Of a stretch of 64,000 bases of DNA, positions 37,092-47,387 are shown in pieces. The stretch is from an uncultured virus (IMG/VR IMGVR_UViG_3300008267_000055) (lineage: Duplodnaviria; Heunggongvirae; Uroviricota; Caudoviricetes), in the IMG/VR virus record IMGVR_UViG_3300008267_000055; one strand, given 5' to 3'. Made by a program: the position numbers and the translations under genes. How positions within the stretch are numbered: the first letter of the stretch is position 1; each line of letters begins with the position of its first letter. The notes under the pieces are model-generated. The model made no database searches, had not been told where the DNA came from, and was given only the letters and a program-made list of their open reading frames with translations.

Positions 37092-39029
37092 TTACTCCGG
37101 CGAATATTCGAACGAGAAGGTCAGGTTGGCTTGGCTAGCTGAGCGAAACGACAGCCCGATCTTGTAGATCGAGGGCTGCTCCTCGATTATCAGCTTTATC
37201 ACGTCACCTATTCGCCTGTCAGCAGAGACTTGAGCAAGTACGCTGCTCCAGACCTGTGCAACTAGCGTAGACAGCTGACGCTCGTTGAGGAACTTCTCCA
37301 GCCCAAAGCTAGGGAAAGCACGGTTGGTGCCCCTGACGGTTTTTAGGCGGTGCGCCAAGTTCTGGCGCAAGTTATCCTCACCCGACACGGTCTGAAGGCC
37401 AGACGTTCCTCGCATTACAAGGTCACCATCTTTGATCTTCAGGTCCGACCCGTAAAATCCTGTTGAGGCGAACTTGGCAGGTATGCCATCTGGGTCCGGG
37501 ATCAGGATCAGGTCGCCTACCTTGATTGGCGTACCGTCGGCTTTGGTGTAGGGATCAAGGAAAGAGTTGGCATCTACAATCTCAAGCCAACGGCCTCGAT
37601 TTCCCAAGAAGATCCAAGCCAAGTTATAGGCGTCTTGCGTTCCTGTACCACCGCCTCCGCTATTTCCGGAGGGTGCCGGGTGTGCAACGACTGGCTGGTA
37701 AACGTTGTTGACCGACACCGACATCTGCGGTCGGCGGTTACTCCAGATTGGGGCAACCAAGTTAGACCAGTACTCCTCGGAAGTTAGGTCTTGAAGGCCG
37801 GACCAAGCCCGGTCGAAAGCGTCGAAAGCACGCTTGGCTGCTTCAGCAGTCGTTATGACTCCCTGCCTTACTGCAGGGAGTGTCCCGTGCACAGCTCCGA
37901 CCATGGCGGCTGCCGAGTTGGCTACCGTGGAGAGCAACGAGATAGAGGGCGTCACTGCTTTTCGATAAAGAGCGGCAGGCTTTAGACTGAGCTCGACCAC
38001 ATAGGCGGTCGCCTCGGCCGCCTTTGTCTCAAGCGTGGCGAAGCTAGCCGTTAAGTCATCGAACCAGTTGGAGGACGTTCTCGACGTGCCTGAACCTGTA
38101 ACCGTAGCTATGGCTCCCGACACGGCGGTCGTCCTAATGCTAGGTGCGCCGGGAGGTAGAGACCTTCCCGTCTCTGCCAAGTAGCGATTTATTCTCTCTT
38201 CGTCAGCTAGCGTCTCTAGTCTCGACGCCTCCGTCGACCTCAGCCGACGTCGGAGCTCCTCTGGAGGTATTCCCATCGAGGCAGCTTCTGCCACCAGCTC
38301 GGGGGAATAGTCCCGATTGAACTCCATGTTCCCGTACTCTTTTTTAGGAGCGTCAGCTTTGGCTGCGACCGCTGTCGCCGTGGATTCGAGAGCAGCGTTC
38401 CTCGCAGCGCGCTCGGCGGACCGCTTGGCAGCCTCTGCTTCCAAGGTCGGCAGGGCCTTCTTTTCGACGTACTGGTTCGTGGCAAGAACCAAATTCCAAG
38501 TGTAGGAGTTGGTGTGGTTACCTGCCTCGCGCTGATAAGAGAAGCTCAGGACAGAAGCCTCAAAGTACTCGCACTCCCAAGTAGCTCTGAGCCTGAGTCG
38601 ATAGACTTTATTGTTAGTATAAGCGTTTTCTGTCTTTCTCTTTTTATCTGCGTAGTCTTCAAGAAAGTTACGCATTTTCAAGAATCTATTTATGTCTAAA
38701 GGCTGGTCTCCAGTACGGCCGGAGATAGAGAACGTGCGCTCTCTGAAAGAAGTAGACTGCTCGTACACAGTTCCGAATGTCCACTTACGGTCTAGCGCGT
38801 GAGGCTGCGACATCTGTATCGAAGACACGTAAAAGAGCGTAATTGAGTCTTCGACCTGGCCCTTGGACATCAGCTCCAAAAGGTAGCGGTGTGGGGAGTA
38901 GACGGGGAAGCCTTCCGGGTACTGGATACGACTGTCACCTTCTACGACCAAGGGCTTCGACAGCTCGCCCTTAACCTGCAGGCTTGAAGGCTCCTTAAGA
39001 GATAGGTCGCTGAAGTACCTGGACATCAC
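37092..39029 (-). CDS. Multidomain baseplate protein: N-terminal domain + LysM-like + gp25/GpW-like C-terminus
   Basis: LAWIFLGNRGRWLEIVDAN..IKVGDLILIP (LysM-like); DLKIKDGDL..VSGEDNLRQNL.HRL.T.RG..FPSFG (gp25-like). Confidence 0.72.
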   Translation of the reverse strand: MMSRYFSDLSLKEPSSLQVKGELSKPLVVEGDSRIQYPEGFPVYSPHRYLLELMSKGQVEDSITLFYVSSIQMSQPHALDRKWTFGTVYEQSTSFRERTFSISGRTGDQPLDINRFLKMRNFLEDYADKKRKTENAYTNNKVYRLRLRATWECEYFEASVLSFSYQREAGNHTNSYTWNLVLATNQYVEKKALPTLEAEAAKRSAERAARNAALESTATAVAAKADAPKKEYGNMEFNRDYSPELVAEAASMGIPPEELRRRLRSTEASRLETLADEERINRYLAETGRSLPPGAPSIRTTAVSGAIATVTGSGTSRTSSNWFDDLTASFATLETKAAEATAYVVELSLKPAALYRKAVTPSISLLSTVANSAAAMVGAVHGTLPAVRQGVITTAEAAKRAFDAFDRAWSGLQDLTSEEYWSNLVAPIWSNRRPQMSVSVNNVYQPVVAHPAPSGNSGGGGTGTQDAYNLAWIFLGNRGRWLEIVDANSFLDPYTKADGTPIKVGDLILIPDPDGIPAKFASTGFYGSDLKIKDGDLVMRGTSGLQTVSGEDNLRQNLAHRLKTVRGTNRAFPSFGLEKFLNERQLSTLVAQVWSSVLAQVSADRRIGDVIKLIIEEQPSIYKIGLSFRSASQANLTFSFEYSPE

Positions 39030-39931
39030 GCCTCCACGGGCCTAGATCCAAAATCAGAAGCAGCAGTGAGCGGCGGCTGCGGCTTCCTCTGGCCGGGCGA
39101 AGCCTTCACGTTCGGACTATCGTACTCCGTCGATGGTGGGTTTGTGATGGAGCTTGGGCCACTGTACGGCTTGAACGGAACGGTTATTTTAGTGGTCGGT
39201 ACAACACTAGGTGCTATCGGAGTCCCAGTGACTGTTAGGTCTATTGTGACGCCTATCAAAGCGCCTGGGGTTGGGTCGACGGGGTCGGGAACGGTTTTAA
39301 CAGGAGGCGCCGCCGCCGCTGCCAGCGCTGTGATGGTTGTGGAGTCTGCAAAAGAGCTAGCCCAAGCCAAGAGGCTGTTCACGGCCGTGTAGAGCGGGTC
39401 TAGGGCTTGCTTAAGGTCTTCCGCGATTGTGACTGCCTTCAGTGGTTCCAGCCCTGCGCTGAGCAAGATAGCCTTCGCCCGAACAACGAACTCCTCGCTG
39501 GCGACGTTATCGATACCACCTTCATCACGAACGATGACCTTCGCCTTGGCAGTGGCCAAGGACGCGTCCTTCACCCCAGGGTTGGATGGCCTGCGGGTAG
39601 CATCAGAGCCTGCCGCCTGCTGAATATTGGTGTTAGACCTGTTGGACAGAACGCCCACTACGACCGGGGTGGCGCCCGCTTGCTCTTTAGAAGAGCGGTA
39701 GACGACAAGAACCCGGGGTAGGTTTTCCCAAGGGATCTGCGTCTTGCTCCAAGGCTCCGTCGGGGCGTCTATCGACGCCCCGATATTCTCTAAGATGGCA
39801 ACCTTGGTGAAGACGTCGCCATTTTGAGGATTCCGGAGGTCGCAGAGCCTGCGCCCTTCAATGGTGTAAACACGGGTGACGACCATCTCGTCGCCCCCAC
39901 CACGCAAAAGCCTGTCTCTGAGCTCAGACAC
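39026..39931 (-). CDS. Putative baseplate spike (gpV/gp5-like) with Pro-rich C-terminus
   Basis: Position after the hub; OB-fold-like RVLVVY..PVVVGVL; GTG start at 39931 after GGGGGA avoids the overlap of the longer ORF call. Confidence 0.55.
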   Translation of the reverse strand: MSELRDRLLRGGGDEMVVTRVYTIEGRRLCDLRNPQNGDVFTKVAILENIGASIDAPTEPWSKTQIPWENLPRVLVVYRSSKEQAGATPVVVGVLSNRSNTNIQQAAGSDATRRPSNPGVKDASLATAKAKVIVRDEGGIDNVASEEFVVRAKAILLSAGLEPLKAVTIAEDLKQALDPLYTAVNSLLAWASSFADSTTITALAAAAAPPVKTVPDPVDPTPGALIGVTIDLTVTGTPIAPSVVPTTKITVPFKPYSGPSSITNPPSTEYDSPNVKASPGQRKPQPPLTAASDFGSRPVEA

Positions 39932-39947
39932 AAATCCCCCCTTGAGT

Positions 39948-42900
39948 TCACTGGACGCCCGGTCTTCGGATACCTGGCACAGGCGCTGTGACCGACACCG
40001 CAGAGGTCGGGATCTGCGGGGATTGTGTCGCAGGTATAGGCTCGACACCAGCGGTGACCTGAGCCCACTTAGCGTAAAGCTTATGGTCACTGGCTATTGT
40101 AACTATAGTCTCGGCAGTGACCTCGGTACCAGTCCCGCCAACACCGGTATACCAGCCACCGAACGCAGCTCCTACTCGAGTTGGCTGCTCAAGCGGCCCG
40201 TACCGGAAGTTCAGAGTTACCGTCTTCGACTCTGCCCGCTTAACCGTGAAGAACCCTTCCCAAGTCGTCTGATAGTCGTACGTGACTTTGAAGGTGTTGG
40301 AGCTCTGTCCCGTCGTGGGGGTTACTAGCGGCTCCCGGAACTCGTCTTCGGGCTCCCAGAAGCATGACTGCTCGTAGCCTAGAACCTGAAGAATATTGGG
40401 CACAAGCGCCCCAGTGTGGATAACAAGCTTCTCTTGATGCGGGCGCGATCTGACACCAGCAGCCACGTGTGATAAGGAAACAAAGTCTCCTGCAAGAATG
40501 TGCCTAACAGCAGTCTCGTTCGTAGCAAGATGCGCTGTCAGACCCGTCCCAGGCAGTAGCTGGTTTTCTACACCAGTCGCCAAAATCTGCGCTATCTTGG
40601 CCGAATCCATCCCGTTCTGGTAATAATCTTTCGTGTAAATAAAGACAAACTTACTTGGGTTTGCCTGAATTAGTGGGTAGAAAAGTGAGAAGCTAGTGTT
40701 AAAATAAGGATCAACTAAGTAGATCTTATTGAACTCGTTAAATCTGGATATCAGACCCTGGCAGGGTAGCTGTCCGCCCGAGAACATGAATAGGACCTTA
40801 CTACTGGAGGTACCTACTACATTCTGCAGAACCCAATCATACGATTGAGTACCGTTTACTTGATTATTTTTAGCAATAAAAACGTCATTATAGGGTAGTA
40901 AAGGTTTGATGTAGTCGCTCATATAACTGCCGGACTCCTCTCCGTATACAGGAGTTCCGCCAAAAATCATAAAAAGAGGTTTTCCGGATGCTGCCTGAGC
41001 CTCTCCCGAGGGGAGTAGCATTACTGATTTAGACAGTGTGCCGTAACTGTCCGTCACCTCAATGCCTTCGACTAGAGTTCGGTCCCCAGCTGGGATCGCT
41101 TGACCGTTAGGGGCGGTAACACCTGGTCCTACTGTAGCAACAGTACCACCAAGCACAGTGATAGCGGTTTGGTAGAGCGGTGGAAAATACTTGTCGGTTG
41201 TAGTGCGCTGCATATAAGCAGCGTCTTCCCTGTTGATTACGTACTTGCTTGCCCAAGCGTCGTACCGCGCATCATTGCTCTGAAGAGCAATCACGTAGTC
41301 TCGAATCTTTGTCCCAAGGCGTACTGCGTCCGAGCCTGGGACCGCAGCCTGAGCGTCAGTCATGGGGTTACCGTCTCGGTCAACCCAAGGGCCTTTGCTG
41401 ATGAGAGTATCAAGGGTGCCGTCGGTCTCGTCCTTCCCATCACCATCTAGGTCTGCGAAGGCCCAGTAGTTAGGTATGTACCTATGCTTCCAGTCTTCCA
41501 CGCCGAAAGCGCCTCTCAAGTCATAATGGATGGCCCCCGACCCGCCAGGACCCCCTTGCTTACCAACTCCGCTGGAAGACTCCCCCGCGTCCTCGGGCTT
41601 TAAGCCCTTCATGCCAGTCGGACCAAGATTTAGGTAGAGTCCTCGTCCCCCAGAGGGAATACGCTTGGTTTTAGAGAGAAGGACGAGAGAAGCATACGTC
41701 TGAAGCGCAGGGACGCGTAGCTTGATACCAGAGCTGGTAAGTTCAAAAAGCCTCTTGGCATCTGGATTTTCAGAGAGCTTTTTAAGCTCTTCCTGAGGAA
41801 GATTGTCAGTAGCGGAAAACTCGACTCTAAAGTCGATGGCAGTTCCGGTCGTGTGCTGCTTGTCTGTGTCCGAAGGTCTGTACCAAGAAGCGATGGCCAC
41901 CTCGGCTGTTGGGTACTTGAGCCTCCAGTATCGTTCGATGACGTACATGGCGGCTGCCGTGAACCAAGCCATGTCGGACGCCTTGTAGGAATCCGTGAAT
42001 GTCTTGCCCACGTTCGCTTGGTCGTTCTCAGTCACCCTGTCTGACGCAGGGTTCGCGTCAAAAATACCCTGCATCGTAGACCTGAGACCGGCTTCGGGTA
42101 TTCTTGAAAGAGCCCACAGCTTAAGCCAATTAGGCTTACGGAAAATCTCATGGCGCTCTGTAGTAACCGACCTGGCCATCGGGCCGACCGGTATCCCGTT
42201 CTCTCTAGGGTCGGGATCCCACTGCCAATTAGACTCAGTAGGTCTTCCTTGGGTGCAGCTGCTGAATGGGTCTGCTTGGCTATCCCCGAAGTCTTTGGTG
42301 GTAGCCCAAGACTTGCTAGTAGGAAGGAGCTGATCCACACCCTTAAGTGGGATGAGGCCGTCGCGCATCGGGTCTTCGTCTTCTCCGAAAAGTCCGCGCG
42401 AGTAGGTGATCTGGATATTTCCGACGATGTTTGTCCCGCGCACGTCGACCGATGTGAAGACGGATTCGGCGTAGCCGGCAAACGGCTTGTTCGAGATCGG
42501 AATACCAAAGGGGTGGCCGGCCTGCAGCGGCCAAATAAACTTGTCGCCGAACTCTGCAGGCTCCCCCTTGGGATAATCAGCCGTCTTGTTCCTCGGGCCT
42601 GGGATGTAATCGAAGTTGGCCAAGCGCTCTGCGCCGATGATATTAACGGTTCCGCTGCCGAAGACATGGCCTCGGTGGTAGAACTGCATCATCTGAACCG
42701 CGATGCTTCGCAGGTACATGATGAAGTTATTGATGCGAGTCGGGTCGTCTGGGGTGATCACGAAGGGCCAAGTCACGTGCCCAACACGTAGGCCGTGACG
42801 CCAGATCTCTTCCTCAAGTCGGATCGGAAGCCCGCTCTGGCGAATAGCCTCCACCTCTCCAATGATCGACAGGTCTGCGAAGCTGCAGTTAACTCGGGCG

Positions 42901-44111
42901 TCGTCCGTCCTGACTCGAGTCAGGGCGACCATCCTATTTTTTGGAATGATCGTAAAATACGACTTATCCCAGGTCACCGTATTAAATATTCCCTCAAGAA
43001 TTTGCTTCTGACCCCAATCACCTGCCAATGGATCTTGTGGGTTTTTAATATCGACCAAGTATTCAGTGGAGAGGTAGCCAGCGTCGCCCTGCCTGGTGTC
43101 GTTAACAGCCGAGAAGATGCTTTGGTAGAGCGGCTTGGTACGCCAAGGTTTGACGCGATAAATCAGAACTGGCCTCGCCCGGAGGTACTCGACTAGGCTA
43201 TTTTTGCCCGTTCGAGAGGGCGTTTCTGGGGGTGCTTGAGTGAGGTTAGCGTTGAGTACTTGGTCTAGCCCTCCCGCATAAAGCAAAGCGGCATCCTCGT
43301 CGTCCATCCGCATCGGCTTTGCTGTTATAGGTCGCGATGCGTCTACACCGCTTAGCCCTGATTCAAAAGTCTTGGGCAGGTCCTCGTCTCTGGGGGACAA
43401 GTGCGCGAAGAGCTCTATGAGGTTTGGCTCAGGAACGAAGATAGACCTGAGCATCTGGTAGACAGTTGAGCGGACGGTCTGGAATCCGAGGTGTGTCGGA
43501 AACATGCCAACGTTGGGCAGTGACTCGACGACCATGTCAGGCGCGTAGTGCGCGCGGCTGTCATCGTCGTAAACTACGGAGATAACGTCCTTCAGAAGAC
43601 CACCACCGCCCAAGCTGCTCGGCAGCTTGACCAAGGCTATGGCGCGAAAAAGTCGCTCAAGGGACTGTCCTAGCTTGCCACCGACCTGGTCGGACAGAAT
43701 CTCTTCGGTGACCCGAGACCAGTCTGGAATCGTAAAGAGCGTGCCTGCGCTCTCCCCGAGGTCACCATCCGGGGCGAAAACCTGTACGCGATTCAAGAAA
43801 TCGAGCCACGACTCAGCCTGAACGGTGACTAGCTGACTGGTGATAGCAGCATTCTCCGCTACAGAGATGCCGTCGTTGGTGTTCATGACCCGGCCCAAGA
43901 AAACGGTCCGGCCTGTGTTGTCTCGCACGACGACCCAGTCACCAGGGAACACCAGGTCGAACTGGTTTAACGGCAGGGTCAGCGCAATAACCGCTTGCCC
44001 GTGCGGCGGCACGATAGAGCTACTCCATTGCAAAGAAGTGATGTCATCGAAAAAGATGACCGGCTTCTCGCGCTCGTGCCTGTGAAATTCGACCGCTCGG
44101 AAAGAGTTCAT
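39948..44111 (-). CDS. Baseplate hub / tail-associated lysin: hub domain + peptidase M15-like + alpha/beta-hydrolase-like + InlB B-type repeat
   Basis: Follows the tape measure; SWYR..QHTTGTAIDF..IHYDLRG; FMFSGG..LVDP..H; PTRVGAAFGGWY..DHKLYAKW. Confidence 0.75.
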   Translation of the reverse strand: MNSFRAVEFHRHEREKPVIFFDDITSLQWSSSIVPPHGQAVIALTLPLNQFDLVFPGDWVVVRDNTGRTVFLGRVMNTNDGISVAENAAITSQLVTVQAESWLDFLNRVQVFAPDGDLGESAGTLFTIPDWSRVTEEILSDQVGGKLGQSLERLFRAIALVKLPSSLGGGGLLKDVISVVYDDDSRAHYAPDMVVESLPNVGMFPTHLGFQTVRSTVYQMLRSIFVPEPNLIELFAHLSPRDEDLPKTFESGLSGVDASRPITAKPMRMDDEDAALLYAGGLDQVLNANLTQAPPETPSRTGKNSLVEYLRARPVLIYRVKPWRTKPLYQSIFSAVNDTRQGDAGYLSTEYLVDIKNPQDPLAGDWGQKQILEGIFNTVTWDKSYFTIIPKNRMVALTRVRTDDARVNCSFADLSIIGEVEAIRQSGLPIRLEEEIWRHGLRVGHVTWPFVITPDDPTRINNFIMYLRSIAVQMMQFYHRGHVFGSGTVNIIGAERLANFDYIPGPRNKTADYPKGEPAEFGDKFIWPLQAGHPFGIPISNKPFAGYAESVFTSVDVRGTNIVGNIQITYSRGLFGEDEDPMRDGLIPLKGVDQLLPTSKSWATTKDFGDSQADPFSSCTQGRPTESNWQWDPDPRENGIPVGPMARSVTTERHEIFRKPNWLKLWALSRIPEAGLRSTMQGIFDANPASDRVTENDQANVGKTFTDSYKASDMAWFTAAAMYVIERYWRLKYPTAEVAIASWYRPSDTDKQHTTGTAIDFRVEFSATDNLPQEELKKLSENPDAKRLFELTSSGIKLRVPALQTYASLVLLSKTKRIPSGGRGLYLNLGPTGMKGLKPEDAGESSSGVGKQGGPGGSGAIHYDLRGAFGVEDWKHRYIPNYWAFADLDGDGKDETDGTLDTLISKGPWVDRDGNPMTDAQAAVPGSDAVRLGTKIRDYVIALQSNDARYDAWASKYVINREDAAYMQRTTTDKYFPPLYQTAITVLGGTVATVGPGVTAPNGQAIPAGDRTLVEGIEVTDSYGTLSKSVMLLPSGEAQAASGKPLFMIFGGTPVYGEESGSYMSDYIKPLLPYNDVFIAKNNQVNGTQSYDWVLQNVVGTSSSKVLFMFSGGQLPCQGLISRFNEFNKIYLVDPYFNTSFSLFYPLIQANPSKFVFIYTKDYYQNGMDSAKIAQILATGVENQLLPGTGLTAHLATNETAVRHILAGDFVSLSHVAAGVRSRPHQEKLVIHTGALVPNILQVLGYEQSCFWEPEDEFREPLVTPTTGQSSNTFKVTYDYQTTWEGFFTVKRAESKTVTLNFRYGPLEQPTRVGAAFGGWYTGVGGTGTEVTAETIVTIASDHKLYAKWAQVTAGVEPIPATQSPQIPTSAVSVTAPVPGIRRPGVQ

Positions 44112-47110
44112 CGCAAAATCCCCGCTGCAAAGCGCTGCACCGCGTTAGCAAATCTAGATGTAGCTTTATCGAAGCTGGCCGTCACGTTCGCCATGTCCCG
44201 CTTCTCACTCACGCTGCGCTCGGACGCAGCGTCTGCTTCCGAAGCAGCGACATCTTGGCCTCTGTTGAAGTAAGACTCTGGCGTTACGGGCTCTTCGTTC
44301 ACGGTTCCGCCACCTGACATGGCGCTGGCCTTAAGGGCTTCTCGCGTCTTGCTCGACAAGCCTTCGTACCGCATCTCAGCGTCGGCCATAAACGAGCTGG
44401 TCCGCATGGCGTCGTTTAGGCGGTCCATCTCGGTGAAGCCCGCGCCCTGATTTGCAAGAAGGTCGTCCGCTGCTTGGAGTGAGCCTCCGGTAGAAACAGC
44501 CTTGATCAGCATCAGCTTCTTGGAAAAGTCGGCTGCACCCTTAAAAAGACCACGCCGGAAATCTCCCATGTTTCCTATGGAAGAGGCGTATGCGTTGGCG
44601 AGCTGCTCCTTATTCCCACCGGCGTCGACGGCTCCTTGATAAAGCCGATTACGCATGGCGAGCTCAGGCGTCTCTCCGCTAAGGGCGGCGGAGCTGACGC
44701 GCTCATTTATCGTATCAATGAAGGAGTCTCGAGCACCGCCACGGAAGCCGAAGCCTCCGGCGCCGACCAAGCCTGGGATCTGGCTGTAGTTGGTAACTCC
44801 GAAGCGCGGCTGAAGGGCAGAAAGTCTTGCGATTGAGGCAACAGACAGGCCCCGCATGTTGGCGTAGGAGGCTGCACTACCTGCCCCGAACATTTCGGCG
44901 GTCATGCCCTCGGGACGAACTCCCACGTCAAACTCGGTGCCGAAGCCACGGCCGGACGCAGAGAGGGCCTCTCCGATCTGCTCCCTAGAAACGTTGCCCT
45001 TCCCTTGGCCGAAAGTTGAGAAGAGCTGCTCCTGCACGCGCTGCCGCATAAGTTGGGAGTAGGCGGCCTGCTCTTCGTCACTTAAATTGGGGCCTCCTTG
45101 AGCCGAAGACCTCCTTCTGGCCCTAGCCTGTGCGTCCTGAAGATCCGTGAGGGAGTCAGCGTATCCGAGCGGGCCTAGCAGGTAGTTCGCAAGCCCTGAG
45201 TTAGAGGCGTCGTCGTCAAACTGCAGCATCGCTTTTTCTTGCATCTCGCGATGCTGCTCTGCCGTAAAAGTCCCCATGAGCTCTGCACGATTGGCAGTAG
45301 CAAAACCTTCGTACGCTGGCAAAAAGTTTGCAGACGAGGCGTCCGCCCTGTCTAGCACAGAGGATCCTCGTCCATAAGCTGCCGACGCCACAGCCCCTGC
45401 ACCAGCTAGGGCGATGCCACCGATAAAACCCGCTCGCGCAGACCAGGAAGAGTTGGCGAAACCGTTTCTAATCAGGTGAGGCATGGCCATGTTGGTGCTG
45501 AATTGACCCAAAGTCCCAATGAGCCCGACGCTCGACTCACCCAACCCAGCGGTTCCGCCTGAGTACGCAGCAGCAATGGGGTCCGCTACGCCCCGACCGA
45601 ACCTAGCAATGGCGCCGTACTGGCGCATGCGAACAAAACGGTCTCGTGCAATCTGCTTATCGATGCTCTCAAGCTTAGCCTGATCCGAAGCTGCCTTGGC
45701 GTCCGCCAGAGTGGCCTCATCCGTCGCTCCTCGATCCCTCGCCCTAGACGCATCGTCTAAATGAGACAGCATCTGTCTTGCGAGCGACCTGCCTTGCGGG
45801 TGCCTTGCGTACCTTCTGGTCAGCTCTTCCCGATGGACGCTGGCTCGCTCGTTGTACGCTGACTTCCTAAGGTCTTCGATCTCCTGATCTATGGCTTTCT
45901 TAGCTTCCTTGGCTACGTCCATTCCTTGGCTAACTAAATCTTTAGCCTTTTCAAAGCCGACGCCCTTGCCACCAGAGGCACGCCTAGCCATTTCCTGAAA
46001 AAGTTCGGTGTCGGCTTGCTTAGCAAAAAGCCTGGGGCTTGCACCTGCTAAGGCAGGGTTCTGAATCTGAGCTCGGTAGAACGCGTTTCCGAGCTTGGTC
46101 GCCATTTCCTCAAGCTGCTTTATTGCCTTAGCAGCAGATTCGTAGCCCTTTGTGGCCTTCTCTAACTCGTCGACGTTCTCTTTTAAAGACTCGACTTGGG
46201 CACGCTTGTCCTCAACAGATACAGTAGGATCATTAATAAGGTTGGCGAGCGCGGCTTGCTGTAGCTGCAGCGCGCTAGGAGTAATCGGGCCGGCGAGGTT
46301 TGATGGGGCCTTGCTGCTCTCTAATGGCACTAACCGCGCTAGCTGCTTAAGTAATGTATCTTTGAGATCCTTAAGCGCCTTGTCGCGGTCGCGCTCCTCT
46401 TTGACGACGGAGACGTCTACGTCAGCGCGCTCCATTTTTCCGACAGCGCCGATCACGTCCCCAACGGCCAAGCCTTGACTGATTTCCCCTCTGATATCGG
46501 CGAACGCTCCTCGTGCGAAACGCCTTAAAAGCTTTCTATTTTTATTAAGAAAATTGACGAAGGGAGATACGTTTGCTCTTTCAGCTTCGTTACCAGAAAG
46601 GTACGCCGCCTTAAGGTCGTCTAGCATCTGGAGCTGAGTATTAGCGCCACTGGCGTTGGGCCCGCCGAGCATGCCTTGGTAGATATTTCGAAGAGTCTCG
46701 AAGGCGCCGGCCTTCGCTCTGAACCCGCTTCTTGCTTGCGCGCCGGAGATCCGAGCCGCCGCAGCGTCTCGAATTTCATCCGTCATCCGCTCCATGATGA
46801 TGCCCTTGACCTTAATGCCTGACTTCGTGGCACCGGTCTTGGGATCAACGTCAACAGGAATGACTTCGACAACCTCAGCTCTCTGCTTACCGAGCTTAAC
46901 GCCCCTGGCTTCTGCCTCCTGCCTGCGCTGGATGAAGTCATTCTGGACCATCTTCTTCGAATAATCGGAGAGACGATCGGAAGCATCATCGATGGCGGCC
47001 TTCTGCTTTATGAAGGCCTGCGTACCAGCGTCAATGTTGTTGATACCAAAGGTCGCGTAGTGCGTCTCAATGGTAGTGCGCATCGTCTGGTTGCTGGGAG
47101 GGCTAGCCAC
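44108..47110 (-). CDS. Tape measure protein (putative)
   Basis: 1000-aa helical Ala/Gly-rich ORF after the tube and chaperones; one hydrophobic stretch. Confidence 0.75.
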   Translation of the reverse strand: MASPPSNQTMRTTIETHYATFGINNIDAGTQAFIKQKAAIDDASDRLSDYSKKMVQNDFIQRRQEAEARGVKLGKQRAEVVEVIPVDVDPKTGATKSGIKVKGIIMERMTDEIRDAAAARISGAQARSGFRAKAGAFETLRNIYQGMLGGPNASGANTQLQMLDDLKAAYLSGNEAERANVSPFVNFLNKNRKLLRRFARGAFADIRGEISQGLAVGDVIGAVGKMERADVDVSVVKEERDRDKALKDLKDTLLKQLARLVPLESSKAPSNLAGPITPSALQLQQAALANLINDPTVSVEDKRAQVESLKENVDELEKATKGYESAAKAIKQLEEMATKLGNAFYRAQIQNPALAGASPRLFAKQADTELFQEMARRASGGKGVGFEKAKDLVSQGMDVAKEAKKAIDQEIEDLRKSAYNERASVHREELTRRYARHPQGRSLARQMLSHLDDASRARDRGATDEATLADAKAASDQAKLESIDKQIARDRFVRMRQYGAIARFGRGVADPIAAAYSGGTAGLGESSVGLIGTLGQFSTNMAMPHLIRNGFANSSWSARAGFIGGIALAGAGAVASAAYGRGSSVLDRADASSANFLPAYEGFATANRAELMGTFTAEQHREMQEKAMLQFDDDASNSGLANYLLGPLGYADSLTDLQDAQARARRRSSAQGGPNLSDEEQAAYSQLMRQRVQEQLFSTFGQGKGNVSREQIGEALSASGRGFGTEFDVGVRPEGMTAEMFGAGSAASYANMRGLSVASIARLSALQPRFGVTNYSQIPGLVGAGGFGFRGGARDSFIDTINERVSSAALSGETPELAMRNRLYQGAVDAGGNKEQLANAYASSIGNMGDFRRGLFKGAADFSKKLMLIKAVSTGGSLQAADDLLANQGAGFTEMDRLNDAMRTSSFMADAEMRYEGLSSKTREALKASAMSGGGTVNEEPVTPESYFNRGQDVAASEADAASERSVSEKRDMANVTASFDKATSRFANAVQRFAAGILR

Positions 47111-47387
47111 GCTTCTTCCCCTTGTAGAAGGCCGCTATCTCGGCATCCATAACAGGATCGCCGGAAGCTGGGATGTCAGTCCCCTCGATGGTATCTCCAC
47201 GGTGCAGAGACTTATAGCTCTCGTCGTCTAACGACAGTAAAAACCACTCCAACAACTGACACTGAGGCCAGAGAGGTCTATTAGGGTCAGTTGTTGCTAC
47301 AGGAGGAGCGGGAAGCAGTGCCTTACGGAGAATCGGCCAGTCGAACCGCTGCCGAGCGGCGCGGGCCCGTTGCTCCGTCTCCTCGAA
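47103..47387 (-). CDS. Tail assembly chaperone C-terminal extension (likely reached by +1 frameshift)
   Basis: Overlaps the chaperone ORF in the +1 frame, no good independent start, stop overlaps the tape measure start. Confidence 0.65.
   Translation of the reverse strand, partial: FEETEQRARAARQRFDWPILRKALLPAPPVATTDPNRPLWPQCQLLEWFLLSLDDESYKSLHRGDTIEGTDIPASGDPVMDAEIAAFYKGKKRG

Noticed and set aside
39932..40090. Long overlap between the 39026..40090 ORF and the hub gene
   Set aside because: A GTG start at 39931 with an SD removes the overlap
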